DNA from: an uncultured Acidobacteriaceae bacterium
GTDB lineage: Bacteria; Acidobacteriota; Terriglobia; Terriglobales; Acidobacteriaceae
Length of the DNA: 64,000 nt
Direction of reading: 5' to 3'
Assembly (NCBI GenBank): GCA_963834205.1
Contig: CAWIBI010000055.1
Location: 162-64,161 of the forward strand
Shown piece by piece: positions 1 to 8,147 of the stretch (within the stretch, counting starts at the first letter, position 1; the number at the start of each line of letters is the position of its first letter). The notes beneath the pieces are model-generated. The model made no database searches. It saw only the letters and a list, made by a program, of their open reading frames with translations, and was not told where the DNA came from. The position numbers and the translations under genes were made by a program.

Positions 1-2
1 AC

Positions 3-944
3 AGTATCGGTGGGGACGGTTATCGTCCCACCATGAACAGCTATATGTATGGCGATGCGCTTGCTATTTCGCGCATCGCGGAATTAGCAGGCGATACGGA
101 GACGGCGGCCGAATACACCCGGAAAGCGACGGATCTTCAGCATCTGATCGAAAGCCGGCTATGGAATCCGAATGCGAATTTCTACGAAACCGTGCCGCGG
201 TTCGCAGAATCCGGCTGGGTGAACGTGCGGGAATTGATCGGTTATGTTCCCTGGTATTTTTATCTGCCCCCAACCGCCCATGACATCGCGTGGAGTCAAT
301 TATTCGACCCCAATGGTTTTGCCGGACGCTACGGCCCCACGACGGCAGAACGCAGGAGCCCGCGATTCAGGTTCACTTTCCCGCATGAATGCCTATGGAA
401 CGGCCCGTCCTGGCCATTCGCAACTACACAGACGCTGGTGGCTATGGCCAACCTGCTGAATGGCCGGGAACAGAATGTCGTCACCTCCGGCGATTATTTC
501 CGGCTGTTGGAGACCTACACGCAGTCCCAGCATATCCGCCTTCGGAGTGGGCGCGTGGTGCCGTGGATTGACGAGGATCTTGACCCCGATACAGGAGAAT
601 GGATTGCGCGAAACATTCTTGAAGCCAAGCATCAGCCGCCGCCGAATCGCGGCCGCTACTATAACCATTCCGGATACGCCGATTTAGTTATTACAGGCTT
701 GATCGGGCTTAGGCCTGAGAGCGGAAGTTCCTTTACCGTCCACCCACTGCTCCCTTCCGCCAAGTGGTCTTACTTTGCTGTGGACGGGGTGCCTTATCAC
801 GGTCATCTGCTGACCATTCTGTATGACCAGGATGGCCACCGCTATGGTCAGGGTGCGGGGATGGTGGTCCTATGCGATGGCAGGATGGTTGCTCATTCTA
901 AAGATCTGGAACCGCTGCATGTCACCATGCCCGCTAACAAATGA
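3..944 (+). CDS. (alpha/alpha)6-barrel glycoside hydrolase, GH63/MGH1-like; 5' end lies outside the window
   Basis: The frame is open from the window edge to the stop at 942-944. Translation contains ECLWNGPSWPFATTQTL and a general pattern reminiscent of MGH1/GH63/trehalase-like barrels. Family call is from memory. Confidence 0.55.
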   Translation, partial: SIGGDGYRPTMNSYMYGDALAISRIAELAGDTETAAEYTRKATDLQHLIESRLWNPNANFYETVPRFAESGWVNVRELIGYVPWYFYLPPTAHDIAWSQLFDPNGFAGRYGPTTAERRSPRFRFTFPHECLWNGPSWPFATTQTLVAMANLLNGREQNVVTSGDYFRLLETYTQSQHIRLRSGRVVPWIDEDLDPDTGEWIARNILEAKHQPPPNRGRYYNHSGYADLVITGLIGLRPESGSSFTVHPLLPSAKWSYFAVDGVPYHGHLLTILYDQDGHRYGQGAGMVVLCDGRMVAHSKDLEPLHVTMPANK

Positions 945-1027
945 TGGAGGTCGCTGGTATTTGCGCTTGCGGTCCGCTGCCGGATGATTGCTGTCCAGAC
1001 TGTTCCTAACACGACTCAGGAGGAGAT

Positions 1028-2044
1028 ATGGTTACTCGAAGGGTTGCACTTTCATTATTCGGAGCAGCAGGGTTGTGCGCCATGGCTACGCGGCGGGGGT
1101 TCGCCGCCGACGGCACGGCTGAGCAGGCTGCAGCAGGGTGGCAGAAGTTTCCAGAAAACCCTGTTCTCGGCCGCCAGTACGGAACCTGCTTTGACATTGC
1201 CGTGATCTACGAAGATGCAAAGTTTCGCATGTGGCTTTCGTGGCGGCCGAAGAAATCGATCGCGTTGTCGGAGAGTGCGGATGGCATCCACTGGTCTGCT
1301 CCGGAGATCGTGCTTGGACCAAATTTGGAATCTGGGTGGGAAGATGATATCAACCGGCCGGCGGTCGTCCATCGCGAAGATGGATACCACATGTGGTACA
1401 CCGGACAGACGTCGAGCAAGGCTCTCACCGCAGAAGGACATGAAGACGGCCATTCCGCAATCGGCTACGCCACTAGTCACGACGGCAAGACATGGGTGCG
1501 GCAATCAAGAACTCCGGTGATTGCTCCGGCATTGCCCTGGGAGGGCGTCGCCGTCATGTGTCCGGATGTACATTGGGATAAGAAAGGCAAGCGATGGCGT
1601 ATGTGGTACTCCGGGGGGGCGCAGTATGAACCGAATGCCATTGGCCATGCGGTGAGCAGGGACGGTCTGCACTGGGAGAAAGATGAACTCAACCCCGTCC
1701 TGCGTCCCGATCCAACGCATGCGTGGGAACAGCAGCGTGTGGCCGGTGTTCAGGTGATTCCTCAAGGGGAATGGTTCTATGCACTGTACATCGGCTACCG
1801 CGACATAGATCATGCCCAGATCGGGTTAGCGCGATCAAAGGACGGACGGCGTGACTGGCAGCGTTGTCCGCAAAATCCGATCATCCGCGCGTCTGGCAAT
1901 GGATTTGATGCCGATGCCTGCTACAAGCCATACGCCGTTTATGCCGAGGGAAGGTGGATGCTCTGGTATAACGGCCGGAATGAGCATCTGGAGCAGATCG
2001 GGCTGGCAACGAATCAACGCCGCGACTTGGGATTCAGTGGATGA
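1028..2044 (+). CDS. Secreted five-bladed beta-propeller glycosidase superfamily protein (GH43/GH32/GH130-like)
   Basis: 338-aa ORF with an RBS-like aggagg upstream. N-terminus MVTRRVALSLFGAAGLCA is signal/Tat-like. Repeated W-Y-x-G ... DG..W blade motifs (HMWYTGQ, IGYATSHDGKTW, RMWYSGG, HAVSRDGLHW, MLWYNG). Confidence 0.55.
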   Translation: MVTRRVALSLFGAAGLCAMATRRGFAADGTAEQAAAGWQKFPENPVLGRQYGTCFDIAVIYEDAKFRMWLSWRPKKSIALSESADGIHWSAPEIVLGPNLESGWEDDINRPAVVHREDGYHMWYTGQTSSKALTAEGHEDGHSAIGYATSHDGKTWVRQSRTPVIAPALPWEGVAVMCPDVHWDKKGKRWRMWYSGGAQYEPNAIGHAVSRDGLHWEKDELNPVLRPDPTHAWEQQRVAGVQVIPQGEWFYALYIGYRDIDHAQIGLARSKDGRRDWQRCPQNPIIRASGNGFDADACYKPYAVYAEGRWMLWYNGRNEHLEQIGLATNQRRDLGFSG

Positions 2045-2066
2045 TTGCTGTTAGAGGAAGTAGCTC

Positions 2067-3317
2067 GTGTTCAGGCTTATCATAGGAAGGATGATCTGCC
2101 GTCTGTCAGGCTGCATTTATCTGGTGATTGCTTCTCTTCCGATCTTTTGTGTCCAACAGCTTCCTGGGCAGACAAGCCTGAAGAAGGATCACATAGCCCA
2201 GGTTGCGGAGCAGGCAAAGGCTTACCTGCAAAATGGAAAGCCCGACCTTGCCATCGTGGAGTACCAGAAGATCATCGCGCTCGAACCAGGAAACGTCGAC
2301 GCCCAGGCTAACATCGGCGTCGCCTATTACATGGAACAAGCGTTTCCAGAGGCAGCCCAGCATCTTGGCCTTGCATTGAGCCAGAAACCCGACCTCTGGA
2401 ACATTGCGGCACTGCTTGGAATGAGCGAGAAGCAGTTAGGCCAGAACGCGGAGGCGCAAGCTCATCTCGAACAGGCGTTCGCTCATGTCGAGGAGAAGGA
2501 TCTGCATACGGCGGTCGGCAAGCAATTGTTCGTGCTGTACATTCAGGCCGGCAAACTAATTCAAGCGGCTGACGTCGCCGGCCAGTTGCAGCAGGCGAAT
2601 CCTTCAGACGTGGACATTCTCTATGCTGCGCATCAGGTCTACTCTGAGCTGGCCGGCACAACTCTCTATTCCATTGTGCTGCTGGAGCCAGATTCAGCCC
2701 GAATGTATCAATCAAAAGGCGACCAACTAGCGCAGCTGGGAAGTACCGCGGGTGCCATCGCTGCCTACCGGCAAGCTCTGCAACGCGATCCGCACCTGCC
2801 TGGGGCCCATTACCAATTGGCCGAGATCATGAGCGTTTCCACTTCGGCGGCGGAGCGGGCAGAGGCTGAGGCAGAATACAAGGCCGCCTTAAGTGACAAT
2901 CATCTTGATGAAAAAGCTGAATGCGGATTGGCCGCTTTAGCGCTTCAACGATCAGATTTCCAAATGGCTTCGCAAACCTATGCGCAGGCGGTTCGCCTGC
3001 AACCTGACGATCCGGCCGCAAACGAAGGATTGGGCAGAGCCCTGATGTCCCTCGATCAATTGAAGGAGGCCAAGCCCTACCTTGAGCATGCGGTGGCGCT
3101 CGACCCAACCCGAGGCAGTGCGCATTATCGTCTGAGCCTGCTCGACCGCAGACTGGGAGATTCTGCGGCTGCGAAACAGGAGATGGAGGAGTTTGTCAGG
3201 TTAAGGGAAGGCCAGGAGAAGATCGAGCAGACACTGAAAGATATGCACGTTCAGCTGGTTACTCAGATTCAGAGAGATCGCAATGTCGAAGCTTCCGAAG
3301 ACATGGCTCCAAAATAG
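2067..3317 (+). CDS. Secreted tetratricopeptide-repeat (TPR) protein
   Basis: 416-aa ORF starting 22 nt after the preceding GH gene. Hydrophobic N-terminus. Repeated A-x-x-x-Y/F..AL...P TPR signatures (e.g. AHYQLAEI, AHYRLSLL). Confidence 0.7.
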   Translation: MFRLIIGRMICRLSGCIYLVIASLPIFCVQQLPGQTSLKKDHIAQVAEQAKAYLQNGKPDLAIVEYQKIIALEPGNVDAQANIGVAYYMEQAFPEAAQHLGLALSQKPDLWNIAALLGMSEKQLGQNAEAQAHLEQAFAHVEEKDLHTAVGKQLFVLYIQAGKLIQAADVAGQLQQANPSDVDILYAAHQVYSELAGTTLYSIVLLEPDSARMYQSKGDQLAQLGSTAGAIAAYRQALQRDPHLPGAHYQLAEIMSVSTSAAERAEAEAEYKAALSDNHLDEKAECGLAALALQRSDFQMASQTYAQAVRLQPDDPAANEGLGRALMSLDQLKEAKPYLEHAVALDPTRGSAHYRLSLLDRRLGDSAAAKQEMEEFVRLREGQEKIEQTLKDMHVQLVTQIQRDRNVEASEDMAPK

Positions 3318-3433
3318 AAGCTGTAGGGTCAGACCGGTCCCTTATGTGCCTTCGCCGCAGCTGCGGTTTTCTTCCGGTTCAGCACGTTGAGAGCGGGCAC
3401 AACTGTTCTCCCTCGTGCCTGCCGGCTTTTACC

Positions 3434-4627
3434 CTAAGGTGGAGGGTTGCCGCTGCTGCGCTCGCTGGCGCGGATCACGCGAATGTCGTGGTCAGTGAAC
3501 CTGGTGTGCGTTTGTGGGGCCTCATATTTAGGCATATGGCAGGAGGCGCAATCGTTCGTTCCCACCTTACATACATTGATCTGCGTGGTGTGTGAAGGTG
3601 ATGGTGGCTTGGCCGAATGGCACACGAGGCACTTGGAGTCGTAAGCGATAGGATCGCGGACCAGAGGCTGATGGGGATCGTGGCAGGCTATACAGGTGAT
3701 GCGAGCGTCAGCACTTTCTTTCCAGCAGCGGCTTTTTTCCAGGCGGTAAGGCTGAAACCGTAGGCTCATGTTCCCAATGTAGGTCGGCATCTCCACCGCT
3801 ACATCGGACCAGGTACGATGGCAAGCCCCACAAAAGTCGATCGAGTCGGCAGCAGAGAGCCGGGCAGGATTGATGATCGAAGAGTGCTCATAATCACGAG
3901 CTTTCATCGCCGCCACGTGCTTAGCTCCCGGTCCATGGCAGGCTTCGCAGGTGACACCCGGCGTAGCCTTCTCTGGTTCAAACGCTCGCGATGTAACAGC
4001 CGCGGTGGTGTGACAAGAAAAACAATGACGTACCGGACCGTCGTCCGATTTAACGCCTAGTGCCTGTTCGACTCCCTCCGGGAGCACCGTTGAGTGCCCA
4101 GGTGTAATGTCTAGGGAATTCAAACTGGTGTAATAGGTTAAGCGCCCCTCGATGTAGCTTCCGTCTTTCTCCAGCAGGTAAGTCTGGCCAATCTCGCCGA
4201 CTCCGAATGCCCATGCCGCATTCGCGGTTTTGTGGTCTGCACCGTTGCTCACCGAAAAGGTAACTTCTCCCGGCGAGCGCGACAACGAGTACCGGAATCC
4301 GGTTTCTTGAAACCTGAGCTGAGGATGCGTTTTCAGAATCTCCGACTGGGTTGCACGTGCCGCCGCATGATACATGGGGGTCGTTTCCTGAAGTGCCGCG
4401 ATGGCCTGATGACAGCTCTTACACGCTTCGCTGCCGACATACAGGCTCCTGGCCGAGTCGCCTTTCGTGGGCCACCATCCGGGATCTTCCAGCCGGTCCC
4501 GGGTGGTCACGCTTAAATCGTTCCCCACCGGCCCCTGGGCGCCGGCGTGGCACAACAGAACTCCGAACGCCACCAATAAGACATGGAAATACCTAGTGCG
4601 CTGCGTTCTTGATCGTCTTGATGCCAT
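3434..4627 (-). CDS. Multiheme c-type cytochrome with 7 CXXCH motifs
   Basis: 397-aa ORF with signal-like N-terminus (YFHVLLVAFGVLLCHAGAQG). Seven heme-binding motifs read directly: CKSCH, CFSCH, CEACH, CGACH, CIACH, CLVCH, CASCH. Confidence 0.85.
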   Translation of the reverse strand: MASRRSRTQRTRYFHVLLVAFGVLLCHAGAQGPVGNDLSVTTRDRLEDPGWWPTKGDSARSLYVGSEACKSCHQAIAALQETTPMYHAAARATQSEILKTHPQLRFQETGFRYSLSRSPGEVTFSVSNGADHKTANAAWAFGVGEIGQTYLLEKDGSYIEGRLTYYTSLNSLDITPGHSTVLPEGVEQALGVKSDDGPVRHCFSCHTTAAVTSRAFEPEKATPGVTCEACHGPGAKHVAAMKARDYEHSSIINPARLSAADSIDFCGACHRTWSDVAVEMPTYIGNMSLRFQPYRLEKSRCWKESADARITCIACHDPHQPLVRDPIAYDSKCLVCHSAKPPSPSHTTQINVCKVGTNDCASCHMPKYEAPQTHTRFTDHDIRVIRASERSSGNPPP

Positions 4628-5783
4628 TTGCCTGTGCCGCCACAGCTTCGCTCAGCTGTCTCTGCAATTCACCGTAGGTGTGCATCTCCTGTTGCGCTTC
4701 AGCGGTCTTGCCCTGCGTCTTATAAACGGAGGCCAGAAGAAAGTGAATCAGTGGTTCTGACGGGTCGTCTTTTTCGGCCTGCAGAAGATCAGGGAATGCA
4801 TCGCTCTGTTTATTCATACGGATCAGCGCTCGAGCGCGATCGACCCGCGCCTGTATCAGCATAGGGCAGCGATCGATGGCTTGATTCAGCTCCGCCAGCG
4901 CATCCTCACTCGAGGCAGACGCCTCGAGCATTGCGTTGCCGAGTTTCCAATGTGCGGTGCAGTTGTATGGATCGTTTGCCAGTTCGGCTTTGAACTCCGA
5001 TTGCGCGGACTCCCATTTTCCGGTTAACCAGTAGATGTTCGCCATATGCATATGCGTTCCCGGTTGGTGCGGAGCTAGGTCAATCGCCTTCTTGTATTCG
5101 AGCAGGGCATTGTCGTAGTTGTGGTTCGTCTCATCGATTTCGCCGGTGATTTCATGCGCCACCGCCGAATCGGGATCTATCTCGCTGACCTTCGCCAGAG
5201 CGTCATCTGACATTTGCATATAGGTCTTGCCCAGCAAATACCAGCCTTCCTGGCTTTTCGGATTGCGCGCCAGAAAGTCATTGAGGAACGATGCCGCGTC
5301 CTTGTACTTATTCAGCTTGATGAGATTATTCACCAGAATCATCTCTATGTTGTCGTCGGTGGGCGTGGCGCGCTGGGCTGCCCGCAGAAGCGGTTCGGCT
5401 TTTTGATTCTCGCCGAGCTGAAAGTAGCAGATGCCAAGCATGGCCGACTCGTTGGGCAGATCGGGATCGAGCTCCACTCCACGCTTGAGAATCTCTTCGG
5501 CATGGATATAGTCATGTTGGTTGAAATAAAGCATTCCCAAATTGTGGTATGCGGCAGCCAGGTGTGGGGCGAGTCTAATCGTTTCCCGATAATTTGCGAT
5601 CGCGGTTGCGCTGTCACCCTGTTGCTGGGCCGCTTTGGCTTTGGCAAACAGCCTTTGTACCGCAGGCGTGACCTCGTCTTTCGCCGGAGCGGCGAAAGCA
5701 GATATGCCGGAAAAACCGAGCAAACACAAGGCCAGCACATACGGCGTCGGATGAAACCGTACTGTGAGCCCGCACATCTTCAT
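4593..5783 (-). CDS. Secreted TPR protein
   Basis: 396-aa ORF with signal peptide (LALCLLGFSGISAFAAPA) and many TPR signatures (AAAYHNLGMLYF, AHWKLGNAML). Its 3' end overlaps the cytochrome start by 35 nt. Confidence 0.8.
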   Translation of the reverse strand: MKMCGLTVRFHPTPYVLALCLLGFSGISAFAAPAKDEVTPAVQRLFAKAKAAQQQGDSATAIANYRETIRLAPHLAAAYHNLGMLYFNQHDYIHAEEILKRGVELDPDLPNESAMLGICYFQLGENQKAEPLLRAAQRATPTDDNIEMILVNNLIKLNKYKDAASFLNDFLARNPKSQEGWYLLGKTYMQMSDDALAKVSEIDPDSAVAHEITGEIDETNHNYDNALLEYKKAIDLAPHQPGTHMHMANIYWLTGKWESAQSEFKAELANDPYNCTAHWKLGNAMLEASASSEDALAELNQAIDRCPMLIQARVDRARALIRMNKQSDAFPDLLQAEKDDPSEPLIHFLLASVYKTQGKTAEAQQEMHTYGELQRQLSEAVAAQANGIKTIKNAAH

Positions 5784-5807
5784 GCGTCGCGATTATAACT
5801 GAAGCGG

Positions 5808-7607
5808 TCAGCGTTGAGCGGCTTTATTGCCCGCCGATCGGCCGCCGTCATTGGTCGGCTCATCCACCTGTATTTGCTGGTCGCCCTTCACCTTGGTGAG
5901 GGTTTGTACGATGCCGCTGGGCCAGCGAATTTCAATGCTGTCTGCCAGCGGGCTGTCGCCCAAACCAAAGTGCACGCGAGGATCGCCGGCGGAAAGATAG
6001 CCGCTCGAGGTGGTCACGGCAACCCACTGCGATCCCAGAGAAGTGGTTAGCTTGACCACGGCGCCGATGCCATCGCGGTTGCTGGTGTGGCCGGTGAGAT
6101 GCAGAGTAAGCCAATGGTTATGGGTGACGGTCTCATTATGCAGAATGTGAGGGGGGCCGCCATCGGTAGTGACTACAGCGTCGATGCGGCCGTCATTGTC
6201 GATGTCGCCGATGGCCATACCCCGGCTTGCCCAGGCTTCATGGAAAATGTCACCGGAGATGGAGGAAACGTCCACGAACCTGCGGCCGGTATTTCGGGCC
6301 AGCAACATGGGCTCCTTGTAATGAAGCTGGGGAGAAATCCGCTCGATGGTGTCCAAATCGTGACCCTGGGCAATGAGAAGATCCTTCCAGCCATCGTTGT
6401 CATAATCCAGAAAGCGCAGGCTCCAGCCGGAATGGAGCTGCGACATGCTTCCTATGCCACTCGAATTGGAAGCATAGTTGAACGTTCCGTCCCGATTGTT
6501 TTGGTAGAGCGCGTATCTTTGCGTAGCCAGGTTGGTCACCACGATATCCGGCCATCCATCATTGTCGTAATCGGCGAAGTCGACGCCCATGCCGGCGTAG
6601 GTCTGCCCTTCGGCGCTGACGGCCGCCCCTGACACCAGGCCGACTTCCTCAAAGGTTCCGTCGGGCTTCTGGTGGAAGAGAAATTCGGGCATGGAGTCGT
6701 TGGCGACAAAAATATCGATGCGCCCGTCACGGTCGTAGTCCGCAATGGCAATACCGAGGGCTTTGGCCGGCACATCGAGACCGAGTTTATGTGACACCTC
6801 GGTGAAATGACCGTTGCCGTCGTTGTGATACACCAGCATGCTGATGGGCCGGAAAACGTCCGGGTGGCAGTAGCCGCGGTAGCCTTCGCGATGCTCGCCG
6901 CACCAGATGTCCTCCCAATCCCAGATGACATATCGATCCACCACCAGATCGAGCAGACCGTCGTTGTCCAGATCGACCCAGGTAGCCGAAGTGGACCACC
7001 CGCTGCCGCCTACGCCGGCCTTCTCGGTTACATCGGTGAAGGTGCAGTTGCCGTTGTTGTGGTAGAGCCGGTTGCCGCCGTATGCGGTGACGAAAACATC
7101 CTCGTATCCATCGTTGTCGTAATCGCCGACGGCCACACCCATGCCGATGCCAATACCTTTTAATCCCGACTTCTCGGTGATGTCCTCGAAGGTTCCATCG
7201 GGCTTCTGGTGGTACATGCGATTCCAATACTCCGGTCCGGTTTTTTGCGGAATCGTGCCCTTGGGCGTGGGATCGGTATAGGGTGCACCGTTGACCAGGT
7301 AAAGATCAAGCCGCCCATCGTTATCACAGTCGAAAAGCGCCGCGCCAGAGCCCAGGGTTTCAATCAGATATTTGCGTGAGGTGTGAGGCGCCTGGTGCAG
7401 AAAATGCACGCCCGACTTCTCGGTGATATCGACGAACCTGCCGGGGACCTCGACGTTCGGCTCGGTAGCAGGGGACTGTGCGGATGGCAGTGTGATCGAA
7501 AGCGAGCCCAAACAGAAGGTTCCGAATACCAGGAATGCGAAACCTCGGAGCGCCAATCTCCTTGAGCGGCCAAGAGGGCGGCGAACATTGAGGGGCACCT
7601 GCATCAA
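5808..7607 (-). CDS. CRTAC1-family protein (FG-GAP/VCBS repeats + ASPIC/UnbV domain)
   Basis: 599-aa ORF with signal peptide. Seven D-x-D/N-x-D-G-x-x-D calcium-binding FG-GAP motifs (DCDNDGRLDLYLVNG, DYDNDGYEDVFVT, DLDNDGLLDLVV, DYDRDGRIDIFVAND, DYDNDGWPDIVVTN, DYDNDGWKDLLIAQG, DIDNDGRIDAVVT). C-terminal NRDGIGAVVKL...GYLSAGDPRVHFGLG is ASPIC/UnbV-like. Confidence 0.85.
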   Translation of the reverse strand: MMQVPLNVRRPLGRSRRLALRGFAFLVFGTFCLGSLSITLPSAQSPATEPNVEVPGRFVDITEKSGVHFLHQAPHTSRKYLIETLGSGAALFDCDNDGRLDLYLVNGAPYTDPTPKGTIPQKTGPEYWNRMYHQKPDGTFEDITEKSGLKGIGIGMGVAVGDYDNDGYEDVFVTAYGGNRLYHNNGNCTFTDVTEKAGVGGSGWSTSATWVDLDNDGLLDLVVDRYVIWDWEDIWCGEHREGYRGYCHPDVFRPISMLVYHNDGNGHFTEVSHKLGLDVPAKALGIAIADYDRDGRIDIFVANDSMPEFLFHQKPDGTFEEVGLVSGAAVSAEGQTYAGMGVDFADYDNDGWPDIVVTNLATQRYALYQNNRDGTFNYASNSSGIGSMSQLHSGWSLRFLDYDNDGWKDLLIAQGHDLDTIERISPQLHYKEPMLLARNTGRRFVDVSSISGDIFHEAWASRGMAIGDIDNDGRIDAVVTTDGGPPHILHNETVTHNHWLTLHLTGHTSNRDGIGAVVKLTTSLGSQWVAVTTSSGYLSAGDPRVHFGLGDSPLADSIEIRWPSGIVQTLTKVKGDQQIQVDEPTNDGGRSAGNKAAQR

Positions 7608-7749
7608 TGAGTGAAGTTTATCGCAGTCTCCGAAATCACTGGCATAGGCTAACTATGCTAGTGTGGAAGCATTTTCCTGGATTCTGTCAATGAAAACATT
7701 CTGGCAACTTTGCAGAGCGACTTGACACGATCCTTAAAAGGCGGCAAGC

Positions 7750-7773
7750 TTCTATAGATATTGTTCTATAGAT
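7750..7773. promoter_or_regulatory. Candidate PadR operator: two copies of TTCTATAGAT at 14-bp spacing, each with the 8-bp palindrome TCTATAGA
   Basis: TTCTATAGAT occurs at 7750-7759 and 7764-7773. The second copy overlaps the first possible ATG (7772) of the PadR gene. Function is inferred only from position and symmetry. Confidence 0.3.
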
Positions 7774-8122
7774 GTCTAGGGGTATTGCCGTCATGGGGAA
7801 GACGAAAAGCGACAATCTCCAGGGAACTCTGGCTTTGCTCGTTCTGAAGACCCTCGAACAGGGTCCCATGCACGGTTGGGGCATCACTCTGCACATCCAG
7901 CGCACCTCCAACGAAGTTCTAAGGGTTGAAGAAGGTTCGCTGTACCCAGCGCTCCATCGCATGGAACAGGAGGGATGGATCGTTTCCGAGTGGGGTACCA
8001 GCGAAAACAATCGCCGTGCCCGCTTCTATCGGCTCACGGCACTGGGGCGGAAGCAGCTAAGCGCCGAGCGGCAGAACTGGAAAAAGATCACCAGTGCGGT
8101 CGCCCTGGTGCTGGAATTTTAA
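7772..8122 (+). CDS. PadR-family transcriptional regulator (acidobacterial PadR type paired with an ADOP permease)
   Basis: Translation [27 protein letters not shown]...[18 protein letters not shown]...[15 protein letters not shown] is a typical PadR winged helix. An alternative start at ATG 7793 is plausible. Confidence 0.85.
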   Translation: MSRGIAVMGKTKSDNLQGTLALLVLKTLEQGPMHGWGITLHIQRTSNEVLRVEEGSLYPALHRMEQEGWIVSEWGTSENNRRARFYRLTALGRKQLSAERQNWKKITSAVALVLEF

Positions 8123-8147
8123 TCACTATGAATTGACGAGGCCCTCA

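Noticed and set aside
3354-3372. The palindrome CCGCAGCTGCGG followed by TTTTCTT as an intrinsic terminator after the TPR gene 2067-3317.
   Set aside because: As a hairpin it leaves only a 4-bp stem once a minimal loop is allowed, which is too weak to call.
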